Source: the human T2T-CHM13v2.0 reference genome, Homo sapiens
Strand: one strand, 5' to 3'
Assembly: GCF_009914755.1 (NCBI RefSeq)
Contig: NC_060926.1
Length of the DNA: 64,000 bases
Under the pieces are notes generated by a model that saw nothing but the letters and a program-made list of their open reading frames with translations, was not told the DNA's origin and did no database searches. Each line of letters opens with the position of its first letter. The stretch's first letter is position 1. Both the position numbers and the translations under genes were made by a program. This document shows, in pieces, positions 27,711 through 42,857 of this stretch.

Positions 27711-29170
27711 AACATTATCTTAAAGGCAGGAGAAAGTGGGTTTCTGCAGGTCAGAGTTCCAAGCATTCTCTGCTTATGAAAATGCTTTTTAGAATGATTC
27801 CTTTCATCTTTAAACATATTGCAGTGAATTTTGCCTTCTATCCCACAATACAACCCAGTTTTTAAAATATAAGATTAATTCTTAAAAGTGCTTACCATGA
27901 AATAAAATCAACATTCCAGGAAGATGGGCCACGTCAGTTTCCCAAATTCCAATATCCATGGCACATCTCCAGATATATTAGGGAACATGAATAACTCAAT
28001 CAAAGAACCACTATATAAGGATAGGGCCACTCATTTTAAAGCAAAATATAGGATCCTCCAGAAACATAGAACCAAATTATAGAAGGACACTGTCTGGCTC
28101 CAGGGGGGCTAGTGATTGGGCAGCCCTGACTCTGCCATCCTGGGTCTCAGCCCAGGCCCTCTGGGGCCCCACCCTCTAACTGCAGCACCCACTGCCATGC
28201 AGAGACCCAGGTGAACCCTGCTTTCCCACCCCATTATATTTTGACTGCTTTCCCACCCCATTATATTTGCCTCTGGTCAGAGGCATTAAGACGCGCCACA
28301 TCTTCAAAATCCATATTCAGAGCCTGGGGAAAAATGAATAAAGAAAATGGAAAAAGAATACATTTTGTCTGGCTTACTGGTTACTGGTTTCTGACCATTG
28401 CATGGACAATACACTTGACAGCTGGTGACTTCACTATCTCCTGTGTGTCTTCTTCCTCTGGACAGAACGACATCATTGCACCTAACGGCCCACACTTGCT
28501 TCTGCTACTTTGCCTGACTCTTCATCTTTCGATGTCTCATTCCAACAGAATGTGAACTGCATGAGGGAAATTGTTCATTGCCTTCCCTCCTGGTGTATTT
28601 TAATATCTGGGGTGGGACCACGGATCTTGTATCTTATCATCAGCCAGATTAAGTATCCATTGTCCAGACACCTAACCGAGGTTGACAAATGACAAACTTT
28701 AGTTTCCAAAATGCTGCCTCCCCTTCAGTGCTCTTTTTAGAGGCCAGACTGAGGTGATTAATACAGCCTGCTGTGACCTGCCCTTTGGGTTAGAGCTCTC
28801 TTAGGGGAGTGGCCTCATCCTTACGACGGGAGCAACATTCCTCAGACCACGACCTAGAGAGCATCTGTAAAACAATAACAATAATAAAAGACATTCCCGT
28901 GGTCAAAGGAAAGTTGTCTTATCTGTTGTTAATTTATAATCTGATGTTTATAATCTGAAAAATAGGGGCTGGGTTCCAGGTGGCTGTGTGTGTATGTGTG
29001 TGGCCATTCATTAGGGGTGTCTTCTTTGAACAATTATTTATTGCTTCTTCTCTCATCTGTTAAGAGGCATTAATAGTTATCTAATAGAAATGTTCTAAGT
29101 ATTAAATGAGATAATTCATGAAAAGCAGCTAAATCAGTAGCTAAATCAGTAGCTGGCAAAGTAGTTGTTA

Positions 29171-29479
29171 AGCTGGGTGTGGTTGCTCACGCCTGTAATC
29201 CCAGCACTTTGGGAGGCTGAAGCGGGAGGATCACAAGGTCAGGAGATGGAGACCATCCTGGCTAACATGTTGAAACCCCGTCTCTACTAAAAATATGAAA
29301 AGTTAGCCAGGCGTTGTGGCGGGCGCCTGTAGTCCCAGCTACTCGGGAGGCTGAGGCAGGAGAATGGCGTGAATCCAGGAGGCAGAGCTTGCAGTGAGCC
29401 CAGATCACAACACTGCACTTCATCCTGGGTGACAGAGCGAGACTCTGTCTCAAAAAAAAAAAAAAAAAAAGAAAAGAAA
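29171..29479 (+). mobile_element. AluY-like, full length, adjoining a MIR remnant
   Basis: GAGACCATCCTGGCTAAC, GGAGAATGGCGTGAA and GAGCTTGCAGTGAG are AluY diagnostics; long poly(A). No clear TSD. Confidence 0.93.
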
Positions 29480-30036
29480 TAACTAGTTTATGTGGTATGA
29501 CCAAACTCTAACTTTAGGAGTATCTATAGTCATTTCAAAATTAAAATGTTATGATTTTAGGGGAAAATCTCAGTTTTTGAGATAGTGCCATCTGGTCTTA
29601 TGAAAAACAGAAAAAAAAACTGGGTTCTCATTGAATATGGCATTTTGAATGTAGACATTTACCTCTACTCTCCCTGTAGCACTATTAAAATGGCATTAAT
29701 CGCAAAAAAATAACAGAACAGGAAGGGAGAATATATCAAAAGACTTGGAACCAGAAAGCTGATGGACAGGTGATAATTGAATTTACAGACTTTAAAAAGC
29801 TTAATCCCATGGAAGAAATGGGGAAAAATAAAAAGGAAAAGCAGTTTGCAGTTCAGAACCTGAGGAAGCCTTCAACATTGGAGATAGTAGATATTTCTCA
29901 ACGTAGGGTTTATGATGGAGCCGAAAACAGGCAGAGAGGTTGAAAGGCTGTGTAAATATCAATTAGACTCCCATATCCCCAAACACACACAGGCGACTGT
30001 CCCTCTCTCATGTGACAGAACTCTGCAGGAGTATTT

Positions 30037-30155
30037 CCTTTCTTCCTTTCTTCCTTTCCTTCCTTTCCTTCCCTTCCTTCCCTTCATTCCTTTCCTTCCC
30101 TTCCTTCCTTCCTTCCCTCCTTCCTTCCTTCCTTCCTTCCTTCCTTTCTTTCTTT

Positions 30156-30199
<44 letters not shown>

Positions 30200-30203
30200 T
30201 CCT

Positions 30204-30255
<52 letters not shown>

Positions 30256-30271
30256 TCCTTCCTTCCTTCCT

Positions 30272-30323
<52 letters not shown>

Positions 30324-30389
30324 TTCTCTCTTTCTTTCGTCTCTCTTTCTCTCTTTCTTTCTTTTCTTTTCTTTTCTTTTTTTCTTTTT
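30037..30389. repeat. Compound (TTCC)n/(TTTC)n polypyrimidine tract (expanded Alu tail)
   Basis: About 350 bp of almost pure C/T, contiguous with the Alu 3' end. Confidence 0.97.
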
Positions 30390-30617
30390 GAGACAGGTTC
30401 TCACTCTGTTCCCCAGGCTGGAGTGCAGTGACATGATCACAGCTCACTGCAGCCTCAAACTCCTGCTAAGTTATCCTCCCACCTCAGCCTCCGGAATAGC
30501 TGGGACAACAGGCTCACTATATTTCCTAGGCTGGTCTTGAACTCCTGGGCTCACCCGATCTGCCCACCTGGCCTCCCAAAGTGCTGGGATTACAGGCGTG
30601 AGCTACCATGCTTGGCC
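30390..30617 (-). mobile_element. AluJ with internal deletion of the A-rich linker
   Basis: CACAGCTCACTGCAGCCTC and CTCCTGGGCTCA are J diagnostics; GGGACAACAGG joins directly to CTCACTAT. TSD TGCAGGAG(T/C)ATTT at 30024-30036 and 30618-30630. Confidence 0.9.
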
Positions 30618-30754
30618 TGCAGGAGCATTTTCTGGAAAGAATAAATCAGAGGAAAACATTTTCATTTAAATCTTGTAGATATGTGTCACTCTGAATTTTC
30701 CTTCCTGGTCCTTCATTGACTTTTATTCTTCTGTTTACTTTTAAGAAAACATTG

Positions 30755-32100
<1,346 letters not shown>

Positions 32101-32149
32101 AAATCTTTGATTATACAGGGTTTTATAGCTCTCCGCAGTTTTTCAGACT

Positions 32150-33080
32150 TTCATGATATCCATGGCTGTAGCTACCTACAAAGGCTGCTGACTTTTAAAA
32201 ACTTTCACTTCCAAACCTGACCTTTCTCCTTTGCCTCAAACATTGAGGAACATTCAGAAGCATACCCTACTGTCCACTTGACAACCCCACCCAGTGCCCC
32301 ACAGGCCCTTGGTATACCACATGTTACAAATAAACTTACTGTTTTTCCATTCCCAACGCCTTCTTTGCATCTCATTCCTTATCTCAGTGTCTTGTCTTAC
32401 CTCCCACTGTTTCCCCCAAGCTACGAGACTTTGAGTAAATACTTCCTTCTCCCTCTCCTCCCTCCACAATTTGTTATTCGTTATTAATTCTTTCCTATGT
32501 TTCCCATTTTGTCCAAAGGATGACACCAAATAAATATGAAAAAGTGCCAGGCCTGGAAGAGTTTGTGGTCTTTCCAGGCCACTGACTTATGAACAATTCT
32601 ATGGCATCGGGACAGAAATGCTTTGAAATATGTATCTGTGAGGTTCCACAGGACAAAGAGAAGGAAGTGACTAACCTCTGGGTGGAGAGCAATTTGGAAA
32701 GTTTTCCGAGAGTGGATTATATTGCAGCTGAGGCTTGAAGAAAGAATAAACAGTCTCAGAAGGAGAAGCCAGCACAGGATGCAGCTGAGTGCTGGGCTGA
32801 CCCATGGGTGTGAGTGGCTCCTTTGGAGACAGGCAAATCATTTGACCCCAGACTATGGGCTGCACAAGGAAACCGGAACCTAGCTGAGAGGTTTCAGTAC
32901 AAATATAGATGATAGTGTGGATGCCAGGCTTGGGTGTCTAAACTTTATGCCAGAAGCAGACAGAGCCTACAAAGAATAATGAGCAGAAAATTGATGATAT
33001 TTTTTGAAAGATTATTTGGGCAACAATGGGGAGAATGCACTAGATGAGCAAGACTAGACATGGATTTCTGAATTTTTAGA
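32150..33080. mobile_element. L2 fragments (both orientations)
   Basis: CTTCCAAACCTGACCTTTCTCC...; TGAGGCTTGAAGAAAGAATA...GGATGCCAGGCT..GGTGTCTAAACTTTAT. Confidence 0.5.
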
Positions 33081-34085
33081 GTAAAGATGGAGAGTGCAGT
33101 GAGACAGGTGGGTTCTCCTGAAGACTGTGTCCTTGACAGGAGAATGTACATGGGAACAGATGTTACACGCCAATTATGATTTAAATGGAGTCATTTTGAT
33201 CTTTCGACTCTATTTTCTTTGACTTGAGTTGGAGTGCAGGATCTGGTCTTGGGCATCATGCAGGCCGAGAACTTCATTTGGAAAGAAGACAATATCCTTT
33301 TGATGTCTAAGTGATTGTCAAATTAGCATGAAGATCTCTCCAAATACACTTCAACCTGACATCTCCCTGCAGCCTTTCACTGTGTGTTTTACATAGTAGA
33401 TGTTTGGCCCTGCGGTTAAAAATTTACATATGCCTTAAGGACAGAATCCATGCCCAGAGGAGATCACCCTGAAAAGTAGAACTGTCTAGCAGATAGAACA
33501 AGTGGAGCTGAAGGTCATATTACTCCACAAAACTGTGGATTCTTGCAGAACCCGCATTCAAACAGACCTTGTCAGCCTGAATTCAAACACAGTTCTGAGT
33601 TAGCTCTACTGCTGACATGTTTCCTTGCCCAGAGGTTTCTGGAAATGGAGAAAGCAGCTCTGTTACTGACAAGAAAAAATATGTCTTATCTGAAAATACC
33701 AGAGAGTATTTTCTTCTCTCTTAAATTGGGTCAAATGCACTCAATCTAATTGGAAAATTTTATAACAAAAAATGAGAACTCTTCTACAAGTGGGCTTTCT
33801 GCTTAAAAATGCAGCTGAAAGCATTATTATAATAGACTATATATTAGTTATTGTGCAGGTCATCTGAGGATGGGCTTTGCTCATACCTGGTAGAAGGAAA
33901 GAAAGAATAGTCTCTGAAATGTGTAAATTATGGGTTGCAAAAAGAGGTGAGCATTTCCTAGGGAATGGAACTGAATAGTTCAGGGGAAGCTGGACACGGA
34001 GTTCTCTCAGACATGGGGAGCTTCAGTTCTCAAAGGGTGGGCAGAAACGAGCTTGAGATCCAAGGTCTCAGCTCATGCAGCATGA

Positions 34086-34463
<378 letters not shown>

Positions 34464-34484
34464 TTTATTCAGAGTTTCTAATCT

Positions 34485-37455
34485 GTTTTTAAACATAGCT
34501 CATTTATAATTTACATTCCATGAGACTCACCTATTGTAAGTGTACAATTCAAGGAGTTTTAGAAAATTTACAGAGTAGTGCAACCATCAAACCAAATCTA
34601 GTTTTAGAACATTTCCATTACCCCCCAGTAATCCCCTTGACTTTGCAGTCAACCTCCATTCTCACTCCTAGCTTCAGCCAAGAACCGATCTGCTTTTGGT
34701 CTCTATCAATTAGTCTTTTCTGGATGTGTCATAAAAATGGAATAATATGCTACATAGTTTTTTCTGGCTTCTTTACTCTTGGCATAATTTTTTAAGGTTC
34801 ATTTGTGTTGAAGCAGGTTATCCCTATTTTGTCCTTTTACAATGCTGGGTGGTATTTAAGTATACAGCTGAAATACATTTTGCTTATCAATCCATTGTGT
34901 GATGGACAATTACATTGTTTCCAGTTTTGGCTATGAAGAATAATGATGCTATATGTTCATGTGCAAATCTTTGTGTGGATATATATTTTTATTTCTCTTG
35001 GGTATATTCCTAAAAGTAGAGCTGTTGGGTTTCATGGTAAGTTTGTGTTTAACATTTTGAGAAACTTTCAAACTGTTTTTCTAAAGTAACTGTATCATTT
35101 TGTGTTCCCACCAGCTACGAGGGCATGGCGGCGGGGTTTTCCAGTTACTCCACATCTTTGTCAACGCTCGATATTATCTGGCTTTTAAAATTCGAGCTAT
35201 TCCAGTGGTTGTGGAATTTACCTAATTACTAATGATAAACACCTTTTCAGATGACTGTTAGTCATTTATATGCCTTCTTTGGTGAAATATCTGTTTAAGT
35301 CTTTTGCCAACTTTGTATTTGGCTTTTTGGGCATCCTATTTTTGAGTTAATGAGTTTTTACATTTCTGATGCATGTGCTTCATCAGATACATGGTTTGCA
35401 AATACTTTATTTCAATGTGTGGCTTGTTTCTTTCGTTATCTTAATGGTATCTTTTGAAACACAAATATTTTAAATTTTAATGGAGTCCAATTTATCATTT
35501 CTTTTTTTCCTTTATGGCTCATGCATTTGGTATTGCATCCAACAACTCTTTGTCTAACTAATATCTCAAAGGTTTTCCCCTATGTGTTCTTTTAGAAATC
35601 TTATCATTTCTCACAGTTATATTTAATATATGATCCATTTGTAGTTAATTTTTGTGTATGATGTGAGATAAGAGTCTAGGGTTTTTTTTTAATTTATATG
35701 AATCTTCCATTTTCCTTTCCATTTTTATTTTATATGAAGCTTCCATTTTCCTAGCACCATTTGCAATTCATTGAAAAGATTACCCTGCTGAGTTGCTTTG
35801 GAATCTTTGCTCAATGTCAGTTGACTATAAATACAAGGTTTTTTGTGGACACCAATTCTATTTCATTAGTTGATGTACCTATCCTTCCACACTATCTTGA
35901 TTACTATAGAGTTATAGTAAGTTTTGGCATTAAATAATGTTCTCTAACTTTATTATTTTTGTTTTCAAAATGGTTTTGGCTTTTCTAGATCCTTTGTATT
36001 TTCATATAAATGTAGGTTAGCATGTCAATTTCTACTAAAAATTCTCCTAGGATGTTGATAGGGATTGTGTGGAATCAATAAATCAATTTAGTAAAAAGTA
36101 CCATCTTTACAATACTAAGTCTTCAACTCCATGAGCATGAGATGCCTTTTCATTTCCTTCTAGCAATATTTTGTAGTTTTCAGAGTAAAAATTATCCACT
36201 CCTTTTGTTAAAATTTTTCCTAAATATTTTATTCTTTTTAGTGCCATTATGAATTGCATTATTTTCTTGATTTCATTTTTGGATTGTTTATTGCCAGCAT
36301 ATACTCCAACCTGCTAAGCTCATTTATTAGTTCTAGTAGTATTGTTGTGCATTCTTTAGAATATTTTTACATATAAGATTGTGTCATGTGATTTTTTACA
36401 TATAGGATTGTGTCATGTGAATAAAGAGTTTTATATCCCTCTGTCTAATCTTTTTTCCCCTAGCTTTCTTTCTTCCTAGTTTTTCCTTTTTTCTTCCTTC
36501 TTTCTTCCTTCCTTTCCTCCCTACCTCCTTCTTTCCTTTCTTCTTTTTTTCTTCCTTTCAATGTAATGTTAAATAGAAGAGACAAAATTTACATCCTTGC
36601 AGTGATTGATATTAGGGGGAAAGCATAAAGTCTTCACTACTAAATATAAGATCAATGGTAGGTTTCTTATAACTGTCCTTCATCAAGTTAAGGAACTCTT
36701 CTATATCTACCTGGTTTAGAGCTTTTTATTTTTTTTATTTATTTTCTATTTTTTATCATGAATAGGTGTTAGATTTTGTCAAAGGCTATGCTAAAAAACT
36801 TTATATTCCTGGGGTTAACCACACTTGGTAATAGTGTTTAACACTTATTGTAAGTTGCTGGATTTAGTTTTCTAATATTTTGCTAAAGATTTTGCATCTA
36901 TGTTTATAAAGGATATTCGTTGGTAATGTTCTTTTTTTTGAAATGTCTTCATTTGACTTTGATAGCAGGGTAACAGTCCTCTCACAGAATAAGCTAAGGG
37001 AATATCTCTCCCTCCTCTATTTTTCAGAAAAGTTTGTGACTTTTCTAAAAAGTGATTCATCAGTGAATTCAGCTGGGTCTGGGATTTTCTACATAGAAAA
37101 ATTTATAATTTTTATTTCAATTTATTTAGTTATAGATATATTAAGATTTTTCTATTTCTTCTGGGGTCAGTTTTGGGATAATTTGTGTCTTTCTAGGAAA
37201 GTATCCAGTTCATTTACATTTCTTAATTTCTTGGTAGAAAATTATTTATAATGTTCCCTTATAACCCTTATAATAAAAAAGTACTTGTTTTTATTTCTAG
37301 TTTTGTAATTGGTATCTTTTCTATATTTTCTGTTCCAGTCTAGCTAAGGGCTTGTCTCTCTTGTTGATCTTGTCAAAAATACAACTTTTGTTTTCACTGA
37401 TTTTCTCTATTGTTTTTCTGTTTCTATTTCCTTGATTTCCAGTTGTTATTCTTTT
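34485..37455 (-). mobile_element. L1MB-family element, ~3 kb 3' portion
   Basis: 3'UTR AAGTGTACAATTCA...TGCAACCATC; T-rich antisense ORF2; remnant YQRISFINIDAK. Confidence 0.88.
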
Positions 37456-37789
37456 TTTTTTTTTGGCTAGGTTTGCTCACCTCTCACGTCTGCTGGGTAC
37501 AAAAGAGCACATGGGTTCTGAAGACCAGGACTATGCTCCTATCTCTGTTGTGCATGTGAGTGCCCTGTGGTCAACCCAGGATGTGCGGGCAGCTTCTCAA
37601 AGCCCATCACCATCACTTCATCCCATCCTCTCAACCCCCTGTAAAATCCCTCACTTGTCCACCAGTTATTAATTCCTTGACTATTCCCTTCGTCCCCTGC
37701 TTGCCCGAAAAGGACCTCAGCCTCAGGATGGTGGAGCTGCCTGCTCTCACTGTTGCTTGTCACTTGAACCGACAACACCTCGAATCACA

Positions 37790-38065
37790 TTAGCTCTCTG
37801 AAAGTGGTAATGGATGGAGCTTATTGTTTTCACAGCCTCTGCCTTTGCCCATGTTGTTGAACTATTGACAGAGTTGGGGGTGGAGATGGGAGCAGCTCTG
37901 GGCAGAACATCCCAGATTCCTGCTGTTCTTAAAAGAAATTCAGTAGTTTTCTGAAAAACTGCTTCTCAGTTTGTTGTATGACTTGGGTTGGTTTCCAGAG
38001 GACTGAAGTGGCTGTTTTAGGCAGGTTTGTCCAAATTTATTGTTGCTTTATGGGGAGATGATTTT
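37790..38065 (-). mobile_element. Old L1M 5'-region fragment
   Basis: CTGCTGTTCTTA..AGAAATTCAGTAGTTTTC...TTTGTCCAAATTTATTGTTGCTTTATGGGGAG resembles an L1M 5' end. Confidence 0.5.
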
Positions 38066-38784
38066 ATTGTGATGGCAGTTGTACATATGCTTGTTTGTTT
38101 TGGCTTTTATTTTAGCTTTGGATGGTGTCCTTTGTTCACATTAAGTCTCCTGTGGGAGGCAGGAGCTCAGAACCCCAAACAGACACCGTGGAGTTGCTTA
38201 CATTGCAGACAAGAGATGTCCCATGCCTGCTTTCCTTCCATCCATCTCCCAGCTGCTCTCAAACTCCCTGTGCAGGAGCTGCTGCAGCATGGTTTGAAAA
38301 CCACTCCATCCAATCCAGGAACTTCCTTTAATTTGGGAAATCAAGGCCCCCAAAGGGAGGGGACTGCCTTGGGTTCATTCGTAGAGTGGCTGAGGAGAGG
38401 ATGTCAGGACGCCAGCAAGTGGCAGCTGCAGTCGGAATAGGCACCTCCTTGTGCCATGAGGGGCCTGCACTTTCATCTGTTGTTGGGAGAGGGTGGAACT
38501 CCAGCTTTATTGTCTTGTCCTTTTTAGGTGGAAGCCCACAGCAGAACTTAACACTGGGAAACAGTACACAGTACCTAAGAATTCCTGGCCGCCTTTCTTT
38601 CCTCTCCTCTCAGCTCTGCCGTCCTTCCGCAAGGCCATAATCACCACCAGTGAGGGTGAGAGTCATGTGCACATCACTGCCTTAGTACAGCTTAGTTCCC
38701 TGTTTCATCTGACGCACGCTGGGCACCTAGTGTGTGTCAGATGAAACAGGGCCAAGGCCTAGTCCTCAGCCTGCTGTGTGAAGT

Positions 38785-38789
<5 letters not shown>

Positions 38790-38822
<33 letters not shown>
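38790..38822. repeat. (TG)n microsatellite
   Basis: Visible run. Confidence 0.95.
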
Positions 38823-38823
<1 letters not shown>

Positions 38824-38839
38824 GGACACTGAGATCTGG

Positions 38840-39020
38840 GTTTTATCCATATTTTCCCATTTAGCCCTTACAGTATCTTCTAACTTGTATTGCCCCCAGG
38901 CTGTAAATGTGATAAATGAGACTCAGAGAAGTGAAAAAACATGCCTGATTCTCACCCAGCTGTGGATGAAGCTGGAATCTGACTTGGAGTTTCTGCATTT
39001 CAAAGCCTGTGCCTTATTCC
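38840..39020 (-). mobile_element. MIR
   Basis: GATAAATGAGACTCAGAGAAGTGAAAAAACATGCCTG...GCTGGAATCTGAC. Confidence 0.7.
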
Positions 39021-39142
39021 ACAGCGTGATACATCTTCCGAAATATGAAGGTCTCAGGGGGACAGTGGGACCTCCAGCCAAAAGTTAGGAAGACATTGGG
39101 ATCCTTCATTATGCTGTGACCTCTGCAAAGGAAAGGTACCGC

Positions 39143-39535
39143 ACTCCACACACACGCACACACACACCCCCCCACACACAACACAAAGACACATATGCCA
39201 CACATCTGCCCGATGACACACACACACACACACACCACATACACAACACAGACACATATACCACATACCCCTAACCACACACACACAACACAAACACACA
39301 TATATCACACAACTCCCAACCATACACACAAACACAAACCACATAACACACACACACCATACACATACCACCACATATACCACCTTCTACACACATACAC
39401 CACACATATATTCACATACATGCATATACCACATACCACACACACATACCACACCACATACCACACACACACAAATATAAACCACAGACACACACATCAC
39501 ACACACACACCATGCACCACCCATACCACATACAG
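39143..39535. repeat. Degenerate CA-rich low-complexity repeat
   Basis: CACACACCACATACAC-type units over ~390 bp. Confidence 0.92.
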
Positions 39536-41849
39536 GCAGACACGTCCCAACCCACCATTTATACAACTGCAGCTATTGCAGCACTTTGGGGTCAGCGCCT
39601 AATTTTGTCAACTAAGGTATAATTAGACAAAGTTTTCAAAGGCGTAATTTTCTAGCAAGGTGCACTTCAAATGCACCCTGGGGAGTAGTGTAATTTTGTT
39701 TTTCTAAGACAGAACACCCATTCTTCACAGCTTCTCTGCCTTGGGAAGAGAGAGCAGGTTGGTGGAGGAGTTTAGCAGATTTATTGCCATGAACATAGTG
39801 TTTGAGACAGAAGGCAAGCTGTCATAGCCTGACATGCAGGAAACTTGGGATAAATATTTCTGTTGACTCTCCATGGATTCGTTATCCTCACATGCCCTGG
39901 TTCAGGGGTTCTCCTGTTGGCGTGAACTCAGTCAAAGGATTAGTTCTTGTCCCGAAGGAATTAATGGGGGTGGTGGCATGGGGTGGGGGAGAGGGAAGAA
40001 GGGGGAGGGCATTCATGAAAATCACTGAAAAGTAAATCAGAGGTGGAATGGTGAGGTAACAGTCATGTATTCACGATTACCCTCTCTTCCAAAAACAGAC
40101 CAACCGGGCATTGAAAAACATAAATAACAGGTTACTATATTTGAAAGAATAGCTCATAATAGCTGACATTTATACACTGGATACATTGCTAAGCATGTAG
40201 CACATATTCATTTAGCAAATTTTATTAAAAACGTGCTATGTGTCAGGTTTGGTCAAAACTCTCATAGCACTTACATTCTTGGGGAAAGGGAAGAAAGGCA
40301 ACAGTTCACGCGATGAAAGGAAACTCTCTATAATGTTGTGATCAATGCTAGGACGCTCACAGCCCACAGGACGAATTCCAATATTGGCAGCGAGCACGCG
40401 ACCCACCCCCAGGCTTGGGGCTATCCTGGTCTGGTCTCCACTGTGCCCTTCACGGCCCCACACTGCAGTGGGGGGCTGCCTACCTGCATGTCATAGACCC
40501 TGTTTGCTTGTACCCCAGGGGCTTGGATCATCTGGTTCCCATTTTCCTGTAGGAGATTCTCTTTCCCCTCCTTCATTCCCCTTCCTCTCAGTTTCAGTCC
40601 CTCCTCCACTGCATCTCCTGCCTGCCCTCGGCCACCTCCAGCCATGCAGTAGCTGGGTCCATCCTTGCTGCCCCCCATCGTGCTGTGCTCTCCTCTCTTG
40701 TGACACATCTCTCCTTTTATCCCCCGGCCAGCCTTCCACTGTCTGAACCGCTCAATACCGGAAACACCCTGTCCCCGACCGATCTCAGAATTGCAAAAAC
40801 ATGTTCTTTAGACTTCGCCTCATTTAGGATGCTCTGGCTCACGGCAACCTGCTGTGTGGCAGGTGGTCCTGGGCACCGAGCTGGCCAAGCCAGAGGCGCA
40901 GAGGCAGAAAGCTGTTGAGGTTATTTCTACTCCCCTTTCTCTACTGGGCCCTAGCTTCTTGCTACACTAAAGCTTGCACGCTCATTCTCAAGAGCTCGCC
41001 CCCGACTGATACCTCCCTGGGGCTTTGGCCTTCTCTTGCTCCTGGATCTCAGCTTAGCTCCTGACATGCCTGCGCTCACACATGCTAACATGGGCCTGTG
41101 ACATTGCTGTTACTCCCGTGGAGGCTGGGTCACTCTTGCTTTTCTAGGTCTTCCTTTGCCCCAGCTGAGACTTAGCCACAGTCATATTCAATAACAATTC
41201 TGTTCTCCTTGTGCAGAATGATGGCAGCTTTAGAAAATAGATGAAATGGTTCATGTAATGATGGCCTAAGGGTTTGGCCATCATTTGGATTCCTCTGTTT
41301 GTCAGGAGACTGGGGTATCTGGAGGGCTCAAAGCTCTGTAATGTGATGCAATTATTGGTTTATTTGTCTGGTCCTTCCACTGGCTAAGACTCTTTTTCTG
41401 AGAAAGCAAACAGAATTTTAGCTCCAGAATATGAGCACCTGGGCTAGTACTTTGGTAGGTGCTCCCTGAATATTTATAGACTAAATCGCTATTCGGATAA
41501 TCTGAAATTTACACTGTGAATTCTGTAAAATTAAGGTCCATTTCCTATCTCTAAATCCCTAGCGTATTTGCCAACCATCCACTCAGTATTTAACATGTGC
41601 CAGACCCTGCACTGGCACTGAGGATGGAGAGATGTATGAGACAAGCAGGAAGACCTCGGATGGGGCAGAGGCCCATATGCAGGTATCAGAAGAGAACCTA
41701 ACACCAACACGGGTAACAGCAATGCGGAGGAGGAGGCTGTTCACTCCTCTCTGAAGTGGTTAACAAAGGACTCATAAGATCCCTGGGTATTTTTTTTGAA
41801 ATAGAGGTGGGAGAAAGAGCTTCGGCTCTGAACCTGGATGCTATTGATG

Positions 41850-42110
41850 TGGTGCTTGCTGTGATTATTCTTATAGATAGCATGGATTGAGTCCTGATGG
41901 TGTGCTGGGTACAAAGCTGAGTGCTCTCTAAGATCATCTCATTTATTCTACTGTAAGGCAGGTTGCTATATAAGGCAGACTCTAATCATCCCCATTTTGC
42001 TGGGGATAAGTGAGGTTAAGTTATTTATTCATGTCACGGGCAGTAAGTGGTAGAAGAAGAAGCTTTTCATTATTCCAATTTGGTGACCTTGAATCTCATG
42101 GTCTCTACAA
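41850..42110 (-). mobile_element. MIR
   Basis: ATCCCCATTTTGC.GGGGATAAGTGAGGTTAAGTTATTTATTCATGTCACGG. Confidence 0.7.
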
Positions 42111-42708
42111 AGCCTTCCCTAACGATTGCACATCTTCGGGAATTCTCCTTTCCTTGAATTATCATGGTACTCTGAAACTTTTGCTACACACCATCTTTTC
42201 CATCATTGCACATTTGTCATGCTTCTCTAATAGCTTAGTGGTGGCTAGTCCTACTACCTAATCTGTTAATAATTTTTTTTTTAAATGAAGGAAGCAAAGT
42301 CACCTACAGGTGAGCACTGGCACAAAACACAGTAGTGTTCTAGTCCCTTGCACATTTTCCTCTCAGCTTGTTCACCGCAGTAGCTGTCATGAATATTATT
42401 TCAATCAGGTATCCTGACACACGTGTGTTCCTCCATTGTGATTTTGGACAAGTTATATGACTTCTGTAAGATTTTATTTAGTTGTCTGTACAAAAAGGAT
42501 ACTCTCTTCCTTTGGGGTGACTTGGGAATTACTGGATATGGTGCACATGAAAGCAATCAGCTTTAATTTCCTGACTTTTTTCCCTTGAGATAATATGTAA
42601 AGCTGAGTGTTGCTTCCAATAATAGGGGAAATGATCTAGTATTCCATTTATATGGCAGAATGTTGATTTGGGAATGTAATTAGACTTAGATCAAGAAATC
42701 AAGGTCAA

Positions 42709-42826
42709 CCAGGCAGGGTGGCTCACACCTGTAACCCCAGCACTTTGGGAGGCAGAAGTGGGAAGATCGCTTGAGTTCAGGGGTTCAACACCAGCCTGGG
42801 AAGCATAATGTAGACTCTATCTTTCC

Positions 42827-42857
<31 letters not shown>

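Noticed and set aside
29912-30447. Long ORFs (118-162 aa; FLSF- or KERK-rich)
   Set aside because: Translations of the stop-free (TTTC)n/(GAAA)n tract.
39014-39602. His/Thr- and Cys/Val-rich ORFs
   Set aside because: Translations of the CA-rich low-complexity repeat.
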